A DNA stretch of 64,000 nt from Parcubacteria group bacterium GW2011_GWA2_40_23 (GTDB lineage Bacteria > Patescibacteriota > Patescibacteriia > UBA11705 > JABHMO01). The stretch lies in contig LBYP01000001.1 in NCBI GenBank assembly GCA_000996245.1, forward strand, positions 17,197-81,196. The letters are read 5' to 3'. The notes under the pieces are model-generated. The model made no database searches and had not been told where the DNA came from. It saw only the letters and a program-made list of their open reading frames with translations. The position numbers and the translations under genes were made by a program. This document shows positions 1 through 9,190 of the stretch, piece by piece (the stretch's first letter is position 1; each line of letters opens with the position of its first letter).

Positions 1-543
1 CCCCAAAAGGAAGCCAAAAAAAGCATATGAAATTAAACGTCCGATATTAAACGTGAGGTATGGCGCTAAGCCTTTTTGCGTTTTGGCGGCATTCCATTGT
101 TTTGTCATGGACAAGATTAACCCGCCGACTAATGCGGCACAACTAGAGAGGCCAGCGATAATGCCAAAGATAAAAAATAAAGGGAGGGAAGAATCTTCAT
201 TGACATTAACGATACTCGTCAGGCCAAGTTTGTTTAAGCCTAAAAATAATATGATGATACCGAGAGCAACACCAATGACTCCAAAAATATTTTTTGTTTC
301 CATCCCTTTTTGAACAAAAGGTTTTTCAGAGAACTGATAGCCGTCGCCGTTAAATTTATGGTTAAGTTGCTCGGCTGATGGGAATTCTCCGTTGTAATCG
401 ATCACGACAGTTTCGGTTTTAAGCGAAGCTTCAACTTTCTGAATGTTTTTGTTCTCCAAGAGCTCTCGTTCAATTAATATTTCGCACGATGGACAGTGCA
501 AACCTTTAACAAAGTAAGTTTTAGTTTTTAAATTTTCTGACAT
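1..543 (-). CDS. Heavy-metal-associated (HMA) domain fused to a multi-pass membrane protein. Partial: the C-terminus runs off the window start.
   Basis: Reverse-strand ORF starts with ATG at 543 (MSENLKTKTYFVKGLHCPSCEILIE...). GLHCPSC matches the CopZ-type MxCxxC metal-binding motif. Hydrophobic helices follow (GVIGVALGIIILFLG, LFFIFGIIAGLSSCAALVGG). It sits directly downstream of the csoR-like gene on the same strand. Confidence 0.6.
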   Translation of the reverse strand, partial: MSENLKTKTYFVKGLHCPSCEILIERELLENKNIQKVEASLKTETVVIDYNGEFPSAEQLNHKFNGDGYQFSEKPFVQKGMETKNIFGVIGVALGIIILFLGLNKLGLTSIVNVNEDSSLPLFFIFGIIAGLSSCAALVGGLILSMTKQWNAAKTQKGLAPYLTFNIGRLISYAFFGFLLG

Positions 544-550
544 ATTTTTT

Positions 551-823
551 TTATTTGTTAAATAATTTAGTGACTGTTAAAATTTCTTGAGTCATGTCTT
601 GCTTTTGCCTTTCATTTTTGGTGCTCATAGCATTTTTAAAACAGGTTTGCAGGTGGTTCTCCATAAGTAATTGATGGGCTGATTTTAAAAGTCCAATAGC
701 GGCTAAATTTTGCTGCATGACATTGATGCAATATTCATCACCTTCGATCATTTTGATTATCTTGGCTGTTAGACTGTTGGCTTTTTTGAAACTGATGAGA
801 GCCTTAGCTTTTTGCGTAGTCAT
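551..823 (-). CDS. csoR: CsoR/RcnR-family metal-sensing transcriptional repressor
   Basis: 90 aa. DEYCINVMQQNLAAIGLLKSAHQLLMENHLQTCF aligns with the CsoR signature (x-Y-C ... H-x-x-x-C). Gene order csoR then HMA protein resembles csoR-copZ. Confidence 0.75.
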   Translation of the reverse strand: MTTQKAKALISFKKANSLTAKIIKMIEGDEYCINVMQQNLAAIGLLKSAHQLLMENHLQTCFKNAMSTKNERQKQDMTQEILTVTKLFNK

Positions 824-846
824 AATATAAGTTATTATTTATTTTT

Positions 847-867
847 ACCTATACCCAGGGTATAGGT
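847..867. promoter_or_regulatory. Perfect inverted repeat ACCTATACCC-a-GGGTATAGGT, a CsoR-type operator candidate. It overlaps a predicted minus-strand promoter: -35 TTGACA at 892-897, -10 TACACT about 16 nt downstream.
   Basis: Seen directly. Arms of 10 bp, perfect, centred on 857. The TACCC...GGGTA core is characteristic of CsoR operators. It lies 24-44 bp upstream of the csoR start at 823. Confidence 0.6.
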
Positions 868-921
868 ATAGTGTAGCATGTTTAAAAGTATTGTCAAACC
901 AATAGTATTTTGTTCCTCGGC

Positions 922-1002
922 TAATCATGTTAATTATAGTAATAGCGTTTTGTTTCTAAAATAATCATGGTAATCATACAAATCATAGTTAATCATAGTA
1001 AG
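922..1002. repeat. AATCAT-rich degenerate tandem repeat (family member 1)
   Basis: ctaatcatgttaattatagtaat ... ataatcatggtaatcatacaaatcatagttaatcatagtaag. It shares the AATCATAGTAA(G/T) core with the repeats at 6056-6262 and 16716-16890. Confidence 0.6.
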
Positions 1003-1063
1003 CGAAGCGCACTGATGCTTAAAAACAAAAAAGAGCCATCGTCAGCTCTTTTAAAAGCGTTGT

Positions 1064-2320
1064 TTACTCGTGTCCCAAAGCATCAATCGGGTTTTTATGG
1101 GCCGCTTGTTGCGCAGGATAAAGACCAAAAACTAGCCCCACAAAAACTGACATAAAGACTGCGGCCAAGATGCCTTTCCACGAAACGGAAAAATCCCAAT
1201 TGTAGCCAAGTAATTGCGCTATCACTGAAACTAAATACGAAAGTAAAACACCTAGTACAATGCCGACTAGACCGCCGATTGAGGTTACGATAACTGATTC
1301 AGCGAGGAATTGCCACAAAATGTTTTTATTTTTTGCGCCAAGAGATTTACGTAAACCAATCTCGGGCGTGCGTTCAGTTACAGATACATACATAATATTC
1401 ATGATACCGACTCCGCCGACTATGAGGGAGATGGAACCAAGGGCTAAAAGCAAAATTTGGATGCCATAGATAATTGTTCCGAGCATGTCCATGGCTTGTT
1501 CCATAGTAGTGATAGCAAAATCATCTTTGTCTGGGTCGGTTATTTTATGACGTTCACGCAAAGTTAAGGTGATGTCTTCGGCCGTACTTGAAGAAAGGCT
1601 GGTGTCATAGACTTGAGCCAAGATAAAGCTGACGTAATCAATGCCGAGAAGTCTTTTTTGGATGGTTTGTACTGGGATAAAAGCCATGCCATCCATATCT
1701 AGGGCAAAGCTAGCGCCTTTTTCTTTTAAAATACCAATTACCTGAAATTTTTCTGAACCAATTTTTATGGATTCACCAACTGCAGGGGAGTCACCAAAAA
1801 GATTGTTTTTAAGTTTTGAGCCTAAAACAACCACTTTGCTTAAAGTGCGATCTTCTTCGTTAGTAAAAAACCGTCCAAATTCTACTTCGCTGGTATCGAT
1901 ATCAATAAAACCAGCACCGCAGCCAAAAAGATTCGCTTTTTTAAATTCATTTTCATAACTCAAAATTTCTTGGCCCATGACAGCGGCATAATAGTTTTTG
2001 ACGTTGGGTAATTTGGCAATAGCTTCAGCATCAGTTAATTTTAAAGTTGTAATTACGGAGCCCCCCACCATGCTAAAAGAATTTTCGCTGGAAGTGTGTG
2101 ATGTTTGGGGAGTTTTTACTTCCACTTGAATATAATCTGTTCCAAAAGCCTGTACTTCACCAACAATAAATTGTTTAATGGCTTGTCCAATCGATAAAAC
2201 AGAAATAACTGCGGTAATACCAATGGCTATGCCTAAAATTGTTAATAAAGTGCGTCCCTTGTTTTTGTTTAGGGCGTTTTGTGCAATTTTAACTGAATTG
2301 ATGAGTAATTCTTTATTCAT
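1064..2320 (-). CDS. ABC transporter permease, FtsX/MacB family
   Basis: 418 aa. N-terminal TM helix, large extracytoplasmic domain, then three C-terminal TM helices with the conserved FtsX region (GIMNIMYVSVTERTPEIGLRKSLGA). Confidence 0.8.
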   Translation of the reverse strand: MNKELLINSVKIAQNALNKNKGRTLLTILGIAIGITAVISVLSIGQAIKQFIVGEVQAFGTDYIQVEVKTPQTSHTSSENSFSMVGGSVITTLKLTDAEAIAKLPNVKNYYAAVMGQEILSYENEFKKANLFGCGAGFIDIDTSEVEFGRFFTNEEDRTLSKVVVLGSKLKNNLFGDSPAVGESIKIGSEKFQVIGILKEKGASFALDMDGMAFIPVQTIQKRLLGIDYVSFILAQVYDTSLSSSTAEDITLTLRERHKITDPDKDDFAITTMEQAMDMLGTIIYGIQILLLALGSISLIVGGVGIMNIMYVSVTERTPEIGLRKSLGAKNKNILWQFLAESVIVTSIGGLVGIVLGVLLSYLVSVIAQLLGYNWDFSVSWKGILAAVFMSVFVGLVFGLYPAQQAAHKNPIDALGHE

Positions 2321-3548
2321 AATGAAGAGCTGAAATAGGATCTAATTTGGCGGCTTTTCTGGCTGGATATAAGCCAAAAATTAAACCAACAAGGGAAGAC
2401 ATAAAACAGGCGAGGATGATTGAACTTAACGTAATAACAAAGGTCCAATCATAGCCGAGCTTATTAACGACGATTGAGATGAGATAGGAAAGGAGAACGC
2501 CAATAACAATGCCAATGATTGCTCCGAGAGTAGTAATAACTAAAGTTTCCAATAAAAATTGATAAATAATTTGTTTAGCTTTAGCGCCGACGGCCTTGCG
2601 CAAACCAATTTCTTTAATTCTTTGAGTAACCGCTGCCAACATGATGTTCATAATTCCAATACCACCAACAATTAAAGATATTGAAACAATGGCCAGAAGA
2701 AAAAACTGGAGAGAGTTTGTGATGGTGCCTAACATCACTTGAGCATCATTGGTGTTGCGAACAGAAAAATCATCCTTGCCTGGGTCTTTAATATTGTGTC
2801 TTGTTCTTAATATGTTTTCAACTTCAGAGACAACATAGTCAGTATTATCTTCGCTATCAACTTTGATGCGCATAAATCCAATGTGCTTGATGCCCAAGAT
2901 TCTTGTTTGTGCCGTTGTCACTGGAACAAAAACCATGTTATCAACATTTTGGAAACCAGAAGTGCCTTGTGGAGCCATAATGCCAACGATTGTAAAGCTA
3001 TTTTGTTTGATGTTAATTTTTTGACCGAGCGGATCAGCGCCTTTAAATAAATCATCTTTTATTTGCGAGCCAATAACGGCCACGGTGGCGTTAGTTTTTT
3101 TATCTTCTTCTGTAAAAAAATCACCCGATTCTAATTTGGAATCAGCTATGAGAGGGTAGTCAGACGAAACTCCATAAATTGGTGTAACTGTTTTTTGATC
3201 TTCCCAAGTTGCGGTCTCAGTTGCACTAACATAAGAGCAAGCTGCCACGACGCTTGGTAGTTCTTTTTTAATCGCTTCAGTATCAGAATCTTTTAATGAT
3301 GTAATAACAACGCCAAAAACAGCGGCTGGAGGACCGTTTTCATCTGATTTTCCAGGAAGAACACCGATGACGTTTGAGCCGATGCCACGGATTTGGTTGG
3401 TAATTAAACTTTCAGCCCCAGCCACAACAGAGGTAATGGTAATAACCGAAGAAATGCCGATGATAATTCCCAGCATTGTCAAAAACGAACGCATTTTATA
3501 GCTGCGTAAGTTGGTAAATGATTGTTTGACTGTGGCGCGTATGAGCAT
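2313..3548 (-). CDS. ABC transporter permease, FtsX/MacB family (second copy)
   Basis: 411 aa with the same architecture (GIMNIMLAAVTQRIKEIGLRKAVGA). Overlaps the downstream permease by 8 nt. Confidence 0.8.
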   Translation of the reverse strand: MLIRATVKQSFTNLRSYKMRSFLTMLGIIIGISSVITITSVVAGAESLITNQIRGIGSNVIGVLPGKSDENGPPAAVFGVVITSLKDSDTEAIKKELPSVVAACSYVSATETATWEDQKTVTPIYGVSSDYPLIADSKLESGDFFTEEDKKTNATVAVIGSQIKDDLFKGADPLGQKINIKQNSFTIVGIMAPQGTSGFQNVDNMVFVPVTTAQTRILGIKHIGFMRIKVDSEDNTDYVVSEVENILRTRHNIKDPGKDDFSVRNTNDAQVMLGTITNSLQFFLLAIVSISLIVGGIGIMNIMLAAVTQRIKEIGLRKAVGAKAKQIIYQFLLETLVITTLGAIIGIVIGVLLSYLISIVVNKLGYDWTFVITLSSIILACFMSSLVGLIFGLYPARKAAKLDPISALHYE

Positions 3549-3549
3549 G

Positions 3550-4272
3550 TTATTTTTTTAATTCATCAGTAGCCGAGGCGATCTTGCGGCCTTGAACAAA
3601 TTGGTCAGAAACAATTTCGCCATCTTTAATTTTGATGATTCTTTTGGCATGGTCAGCTGTATCGCTTTCGTGTGTTACGATGATAATTGTTTTACCCTTG
3701 TCGTTTAATTCTTGGAGTAGATGCATAATTTGTCCACCGGTTTTGGAATCGAGGTTGCCGGTTGGTTCGTCAGCTAAAATAATATCTGGATCATTAACTA
3801 AAGCTCGGGCGATTGCAACTCTTTGTTTTTCGCCACCAGAAAGTTGGTTTGATAAATAGTCTTGGCGATGTTCCAGACCAACCTCTTTAATAGCGATTGA
3901 AGCAAGGGAATTATGCTTGGAAACTGCTTGTTTACTATAAATTAAGGGAAGTTTTACGTTTTCAAAGACAGAGGTACGTGGTAGTAAATTAAATGCTTGG
4001 AAAACAAAACCGATTTCTTTGTTTCTAATGTCAGCCATTTCATCATCAGTTAATTTTTCGATGTTTTGGCCTTTGAAGATATATTGACCACCTGTTGGTT
4101 TCGTTAAAAAGCCAATAATATGCATCAGCGTCGATTTGCCCGAACCTGATGGTCCCATGATAGCCACAAATTCACCCTTCTCAATAGTAAAGCTAGCTTC
4201 TTTTAGGGCTAGAGTTTTGACGTCTTCGTTTTCGTAAACTTTTTGTAGTTTTTTAGCTTCAATTAAAGTCAT
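3550..4272 (-). CDS. ABC transporter ATP-binding protein (MacB/LolD-like)
   Basis: Walker [10 protein letters not shown], signature [15 protein letters not shown], Walker [13 protein letters not shown]. The ORF track extends to 4299. The start at 4272 ([13 protein letters not shown]) avoids a 26-nt overlap with the upstream gene and fits the typical N-terminus. Confidence 0.85.
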   Translation of the reverse strand: MTLIEAKKLQKVYENEDVKTLALKEASFTIEKGEFVAIMGPSGSGKSTLMHIIGFLTKPTGGQYIFKGQNIEKLTDDEMADIRNKEIGFVFQAFNLLPRTSVFENVKLPLIYSKQAVSKHNSLASIAIKEVGLEHRQDYLSNQLSGGEKQRVAIARALVNDPDIILADEPTGNLDSKTGGQIMHLLQELNDKGKTIIIVTHESDTADHAKRIIKIKDGEIVSDQFVQGRKIASATDELKK

Positions 4273-4273
4273 A

Positions 4274-6031
4274 TTATTTTTGAGTAGTAGTGGAGACAAT
4301 TATGACATCGCCCACATTAATGCCTTCAAGAATTTCTATGTTTCCATTGGTGCCGCGAATTCCAGTTGTGACTTTTACTTCTTGAACTTCGGTGGTATTT
4401 TTTAGAATTCGAACAGTTTTATCTCCGTTGGTTCTGATAATTGCTCGTTGCGGTATAGTCACAATATCATTTTTTTCAGCTGTTAAAATATCAACATTAG
4501 CAGTTAAACCGGATTTAATGTTTTCATTCTCCTCTGTAAATTCAAGCGTGACTTTGTAAGTCGGAACGCCATCAATAATAGTTTCAGCTGGATCAACCAA
4601 AATTATTTTGGCTTCAAATTTGGTGTCGCTGCCAAAAGCATCAAGAGTTACAGCGGCAGTGTCGCCGATTTTTACGTTGGCAATATCAACTTCAGCTACA
4701 TTAGCTTCTATTTGGAAGTTATTATCAGAAATTACTTTAATAACAGTTGTGTTTGATTGGATAATTTCACCAACCTTAGCGTCTTGCATGACGACAATGC
4801 CATCAATTGGGGAAACAATATTGTTTTTAGCGATTTGAGCCGAGATGTTTCCGATATTAGCTTGGGCATATTTAATTTGAGCTTGTTGAGATCTGACATT
4901 GGCTTCAGCTAATTTAACCTGAGATTCTTGAGCATTGATTTGTTCTTGAGTGGAACCTGCGCGTTTGAGTAAGAGTGTGTTTTGTGATGATTGTAAAGTG
5001 TTTTGAGAAGTATTGACCGCGGCTAAGGCTGTAGCAATGGTCGAAGTGTTGGTTGCTTTCTGAGCTTTAATTGCATTTTCATTAGTGGCAATAGAAGTTA
5101 TTTGTGCATCTACATAGCTTTTTTGAGTATTGAGGCTGCTGATGTCGGTTGTGGAAAGTGGAGACAATGAAATCGCATTAAAGGTTTGACGTACTTGTTG
5201 CATGGCAGCTTTCGTTGCCGTTAATGCGACATTAATATTTTCTTCAGTCGGGGTTTGAAAGGCGGTGTTGACTAGTCCCTTGGCTCCGCCATTTAAACTG
5301 TTTAATCCTGAGTTGCTCATTCGTCCGGCATTGTAACCACCGAGTAATGAGACTACGGCAAAACTTTTCGCATCGGCGAGGCGGGTTCCTTCTGGAGTGG
5401 AATCTCCAAAATAAGTATTTTGTATGTCTGTAATTGTAAATAGAGCATAAAGACCAACATTTACGGCATCACTTAATCCGGCGTTGGTAACTTCAAGTTG
5501 TTTTTGTAGATCAGTTATGGCTTTTGTTTTAGAATTTTCATAAGCGATTTGGGCATCAGCTAAACTATTTTGGGCGCCGGTGACAGTTTCTTCGGCAATG
5601 ACCATTTCCTCGGGACGGGTGCCACTTTTAAGTTCATTTAATTTTGACTGTTGAGTCGCTAGCGCTGATTCGTAATTCATTAGTAGGGCACGACTACTCT
5701 CGAGAGAAGCAGCCGCTTGACTGCTTTGTGCAAATAAATCATTGCTAGTTAAACTAGCTAGTAATTGGCCAGATTTTACAACATCACCAACTTTAACATT
5801 GATTTTTGCGACTTTTCCGGGTTTTTCAAAGGCTAACTCAACATTATTGGCAGCTTTGACTGTACCAGTAACACTGACTTCTTGTGTTAAGTTCGATTTC
5901 TCTGCTACAACCGTGGTGTAAATGGGGTCTGTGTTCTTTCTTGATAAAAGGATTCCCCCAATCATAATAATTAAAATGATCCCGATAATGATGTAGAATT
6001 TTTTCAGCTTAAAAATTTTGGGTAGATTCAT
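4274..6031 (-). CDS. HlyD-family periplasmic adaptor / membrane-fusion protein (long form)
   Basis: 585 aa. N-terminal TM anchor (IIIGIILIIMIGGILL), a long Ala/Gln/Ser/Thr-rich coiled-coil segment, and C-terminal beta-barrel/lipoyl-like motifs (VKAANNVELAF...GQLLASL). Same operon as the ABC ATPase and two FtsX permeases. Confidence 0.7.
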   Translation of the reverse strand: MNLPKIFKLKKFYIIIGIILIIMIGGILLSRKNTDPIYTTVVAEKSNLTQEVSVTGTVKAANNVELAFEKPGKVAKINVKVGDVVKSGQLLASLTSNDLFAQSSQAAASLESSRALLMNYESALATQQSKLNELKSGTRPEEMVIAEETVTGAQNSLADAQIAYENSKTKAITDLQKQLEVTNAGLSDAVNVGLYALFTITDIQNTYFGDSTPEGTRLADAKSFAVVSLLGGYNAGRMSNSGLNSLNGGAKGLVNTAFQTPTEENINVALTATKAAMQQVRQTFNAISLSPLSTTDISSLNTQKSYVDAQITSIATNENAIKAQKATNTSTIATALAAVNTSQNTLQSSQNTLLLKRAGSTQEQINAQESQVKLAEANVRSQQAQIKYAQANIGNISAQIAKNNIVSPIDGIVVMQDAKVGEIIQSNTTVIKVISDNNFQIEANVAEVDIANVKIGDTAAVTLDAFGSDTKFEAKIILVDPAETIIDGVPTYKVTLEFTEENENIKSGLTANVDILTAEKNDIVTIPQRAIIRTNGDKTVRILKNTTEVQEVKVTTGIRGTNGNIEILEGINVGDVIIVSTTTQK

Positions 6032-6055
6032 ATAGTTTATTATTTTTGGTAAATG

Positions 6056-6262
6056 TTAGTTGCCATTAATCATATTAATCATGATAATCATTGTAATCAT
6101 AGTAATGTTCGTTGCCACTAATCATATTAATCATAAGAATCAGGGTAATCATAGTAATGTTTGTTGCCGCTGCTAATCATATTAATCATGATAATCATTG
6201 TAATCATAGTAATGTTTGTTGCCACTAATCATATTAATCATGATAATCATTGTAATCATAGT
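6056..6262. repeat. Tandem repeat, about 52-55 bp unit x 4 (GTTGCCACTAATCATATTAATCATGATAATCATTGTAATCATAGTAATGTTT)
   Basis: Seen directly: four consecutive near-identical copies between marR (upstream) and the adaptor gene. Contains the palindromic ATCATGAT core. The last copy overlaps the marR stop. Confidence 0.75.
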
Positions 6263-6687
6263 CTTTCGTAATGCTTAAAAAGTTTTTGATATATATTAAT
6301 TAAATCTTTTTTGTCTTTTTCGTTTAGAGGAGAGAGAAAGTTAATCATTTTACTTTTTATGTTTTTCTGTGTTGTTTCCAGGAATTTTTTGCCCGTTTTT
6401 GTTAATTCTAGATAAACGTTACGACGATCTTGTTTCTCGTGCTTACGGGACAGTAGCTTTTTGTCTTCGAGTTTATTAATGAAACAGGTAATAGAGGGTG
6501 GCGTGATACCAAAAAGACGAGCCAGGTCTTTCATGCGGGTCTTTTCTTGACTGTTGATGAAGGAGAGGGCTTCAAATTGAATCATTTTTTCTGCTGAGAT
6601 TTGAGTGGTTTTTTGCAGTTGTGAGAAAATGAGGCGTTTTAGGTTAAAAATGGTTTCGATTAGTTGTTCTGTGTTTTGTGTAGACAT
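6256..6687 (-). CDS. MarR-family transcriptional regulator
   Basis: 143 aa with a winged-helix region (MKDLARLFGITPPSITCFINKLEDKKLLSRKHEKQDRRNVYLELTKTGKKF). First gene of the minus-strand efflux operon. Confidence 0.8.
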   Translation of the reverse strand: MSTQNTEQLIETIFNLKRLIFSQLQKTTQISAEKMIQFEALSFINSQEKTRMKDLARLFGITPPSITCFINKLEDKKLLSRKHEKQDRRNVYLELTKTGKKFLETTQKNIKSKMINFLSPLNEKDKKDLINIYQKLFKHYERL

Positions 6688-6889
6688 ATTTAGTTTATCT
6701 AACTATTATGTTTTCTAAGTATAACAGGGCGGATAAAAAAAACAATGTTTGGCGTTGCGTGAAGATGCTTGGGTTTGTTTTGAAGTGTTCAATTGAAAAA
6801 GACAATTTGGGTGGTTTTTTGATTGATTTTTTATCACAGATGATGTAAAATTGCATTAGTTTGTAAACAATTTAACTTTATTACTAAAT

Positions 6890-8341
6890 ATGTTCGAACA
6901 ATCCTTTAAAAACATTGATAATATTCTCCATACTGATTCTGGCTGTGGAACTGAGTTGGATTATGTTGAGCAAACGTCCTGGATTCTCTTTTTGAAGTAT
7001 CTTGATGACTTAGAAGAGACCAAGAAAACTGAAGCCGCACTTGCCGGTAAAAAGTATGAGTATATTTTGTCCTCTGAGTATCGTTGGAACTCTTGGGCTT
7101 GCCCGAAAAACGGAGGTGGCAAATTGGATCATAATAAATCATTAGACGGTGACGATTTGAAGGATTTTGTGAATAATAAACTTTTCCCATATTTGAAACG
7201 ATTCAAAGCTGAAGAACCAAATACCATCGAATATAAAATTGGAGAAATTTTTTCTGAATTAAAAAATAAAATCTCTAGCGGCTATAAGTTGCGAGAGATT
7301 TTAAATATTGTTGATGACATGCATTTTCGACTTTACGAAGAAAAACATGAGCTGTCGCATCTTTATGAAGCTAAGATCAAGAACATGGGTAACGCGGGTC
7401 GGAATGGTGGTGAATACTATACGCCCCGCCCTTTAATTAAAACAATTGTAAAAGTTGTTGCACCAAAAATTGGTGACACTATTTATGACGGTGCTTGTGG
7501 GAGTGCAGGGTTTTTGGTGGAAGCATATAAATATTTAACAGAAAATCAGGCCAAGCTTTCTTCTAAACAAATGGAAATATTACAGACAAAAACTTTTTAT
7601 GGAAAAGAAATAAAATCCCTCGCTTACATCATTGGCATTATGAATATGATTTTGCACGGCATTGAAGCGCCGAATATCCGCCACATGAACACATTGGCAG
7701 AAAACATTAATGATATTCAAGAAAAAGATCGGTTTGATATTATTTTGGCCAATCCGCCTTTTGGTGCTGGTATTGGACGAGAGATTCAACAGAACTTTCC
7801 AATTAAGACAGGTGAAACTGCTTTTCTTTTCTTGCAACATTTTATAAAAATTTTGAAAGCTGGTGGGCGAGCCGGTATTGTTATCAAAAATACTTTTCTT
7901 TCTAATACAGATAATGCGAGCGTTTCCCTAAGAAAATTACTTTTGGAAAACTGCAATCTGCACACGGTTTTGGATTTGCCTGGCGGTGCTTTTCAAGGTG
8001 CTGGGGTGAAAACTGTAGTTTTATTCTTTGAAAAGGGCGCGCCAACGAAAAAGGTTTGGTTTTATCAGCTTAATCTTGCTCGCAATCTTGGCAAAGGGAA
8101 TCCTTTGAATGAAAATGATTTGGTGGAATTTGTGGAACTGCAAAAAACTAAAGCAGATAGTGAAAATTCGTGGTCGATTGATGTGACAAAAGTTGATCAA
8201 AATACTTTTGATTTGTCGGTGAAGAATCCAACCAAAAGCAATGAGGTGGCTTTGAGAGAGCCGAAGGAGATTTTGGAGGATATGAAAAGTATTGATGATA
8301 ATGTAAAAAATATTTTGGAACAAATTGGGGAAATAATATAA
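6890..8341 (+). CDS. hsdM: Type I restriction-modification N6-adenine DNA methyltransferase subunit M
   Basis: 483 aa. HsdM N-domain, AdoMet motif DGACGSAGFL, catalytic NPPFG (ILANPPFGAG). Confidence 0.85.
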   Translation: MFEQSFKNIDNILHTDSGCGTELDYVEQTSWILFLKYLDDLEETKKTEAALAGKKYEYILSSEYRWNSWACPKNGGGKLDHNKSLDGDDLKDFVNNKLFPYLKRFKAEEPNTIEYKIGEIFSELKNKISSGYKLREILNIVDDMHFRLYEEKHELSHLYEAKIKNMGNAGRNGGEYYTPRPLIKTIVKVVAPKIGDTIYDGACGSAGFLVEAYKYLTENQAKLSSKQMEILQTKTFYGKEIKSLAYIIGIMNMILHGIEAPNIRHMNTLAENINDIQEKDRFDIILANPPFGAGIGREIQQNFPIKTGETAFLFLQHFIKILKAGGRAGIVIKNTFLSNTDNASVSLRKLLLENCNLHTVLDLPGGAFQGAGVKTVVLFFEKGAPTKKVWFYQLNLARNLGKGNPLNENDLVEFVELQKTKADSENSWSIDVTKVDQNTFDLSVKNPTKSNEVALREPKEILEDMKSIDDNVKNILEQIGEII

Positions 8342-8359
8342 TAAATAATTTTATAAGGT

Positions 8360-9184
8360 ATGATAGATGAAACTATAAAGATTTCTCTTAATAAGGGTTA
8401 TGAAAATATAAAAAAAGTTGACGAAAATGGTGTTGAATATTGGCAGGCGAGGGAGCTGATGCCATTGTTGGGTTATGAGGTATGGCAAAAGGCCGAAGAT
8501 GTGATTGGTAGGGCTGCAAGGGCCTGTGTTAATAGCGGTCAGGCTGTGGATAACCATTTTAACCTTTCCAGTAAAATGGTTGAGATAGGCTCAAATACAG
8601 TCCGCGAAGTGCGTGACTGGAAATTGGATCGTTTTGCATGTTATTTAGTTGCACAAAATGGCGACTCGAATAAGCAGGAGATTGCTTTGGCACAGACCTA
8701 CTTTGCCATTCAAACCAGAAGACAAGAGATGTTCGAGCAGCTTACAGAAGATGATAAACGTTTATTTATAAGGGGTGAAGTATCAGATGAGAATAAGAAA
8801 CTGTTTAGCACAGCAAAAAGTGCGGGTGTTACTAAGTTTGGTTCTTTTAATGATGCTGGTTATAGAGGGCTTTATGGAATGTCACTCGTCGAAGTAGAAG
8901 AAAGAAAGAATGTCAGAAAGGGTGAACTGCTTGATAGAGCAGGAACGACGGAGTTGGCGGCTAATTTGTTTCGGATTACTCAAACAAAAGAAAAGATAAA
9001 AAAGGATAATATCCGTGGTGATTATGATGCGTCGCAGACTCATTTTATGGTCGGTGGCAAAGTTAGGCAAACCATAAAAGATATTGGAGGGACTACGCCA
9101 GAAAATTTGCCAGCGGAAAGACATATCAAAGAATTGAAGAGCAGAAAGAAGAAACTCTTAAAAAGGAATAACAGTGAGAATTAA
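8360..9184 (+). CDS. dinD: DinD-like protein (DNA-damage-inducible protein D family)
   Basis: 274 aa. Colinear with E. coli DinD as recalled from memory: YWQARELMPLLGY, DRFACYLVAQNGD, QTYFAIQTRRQE, GTTELAANLF, HFMVGGKVRQTIKDIGGT. Same length class. Confidence 0.75.
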   Translation: MIDETIKISLNKGYENIKKVDENGVEYWQARELMPLLGYEVWQKAEDVIGRAARACVNSGQAVDNHFNLSSKMVEIGSNTVREVRDWKLDRFACYLVAQNGDSNKQEIALAQTYFAIQTRRQEMFEQLTEDDKRLFIRGEVSDENKKLFSTAKSAGVTKFGSFNDAGYRGLYGMSLVEVEERKNVRKGELLDRAGTTELAANLFRITQTKEKIKKDNIRGDYDASQTHFMVGGKVRQTIKDIGGTTPENLPAERHIKELKSRKKKLLKRNNSEN

Positions 9185-9190
9185 TTTTAT

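Noticed and set aside
53-313. Plus-strand 86-aa ORF at the window start
   Set aside because: It lies antisense within the better-supported HMA-membrane gene, which forms an operon with csoR.
6056-6262. Tandem repeats considered as a CRISPR array (also 16716-16890)
   Set aside because: The units are contiguous, with no unique spacers between repeats, and unit length is about 52-58 bp. There are no cas genes in the window.
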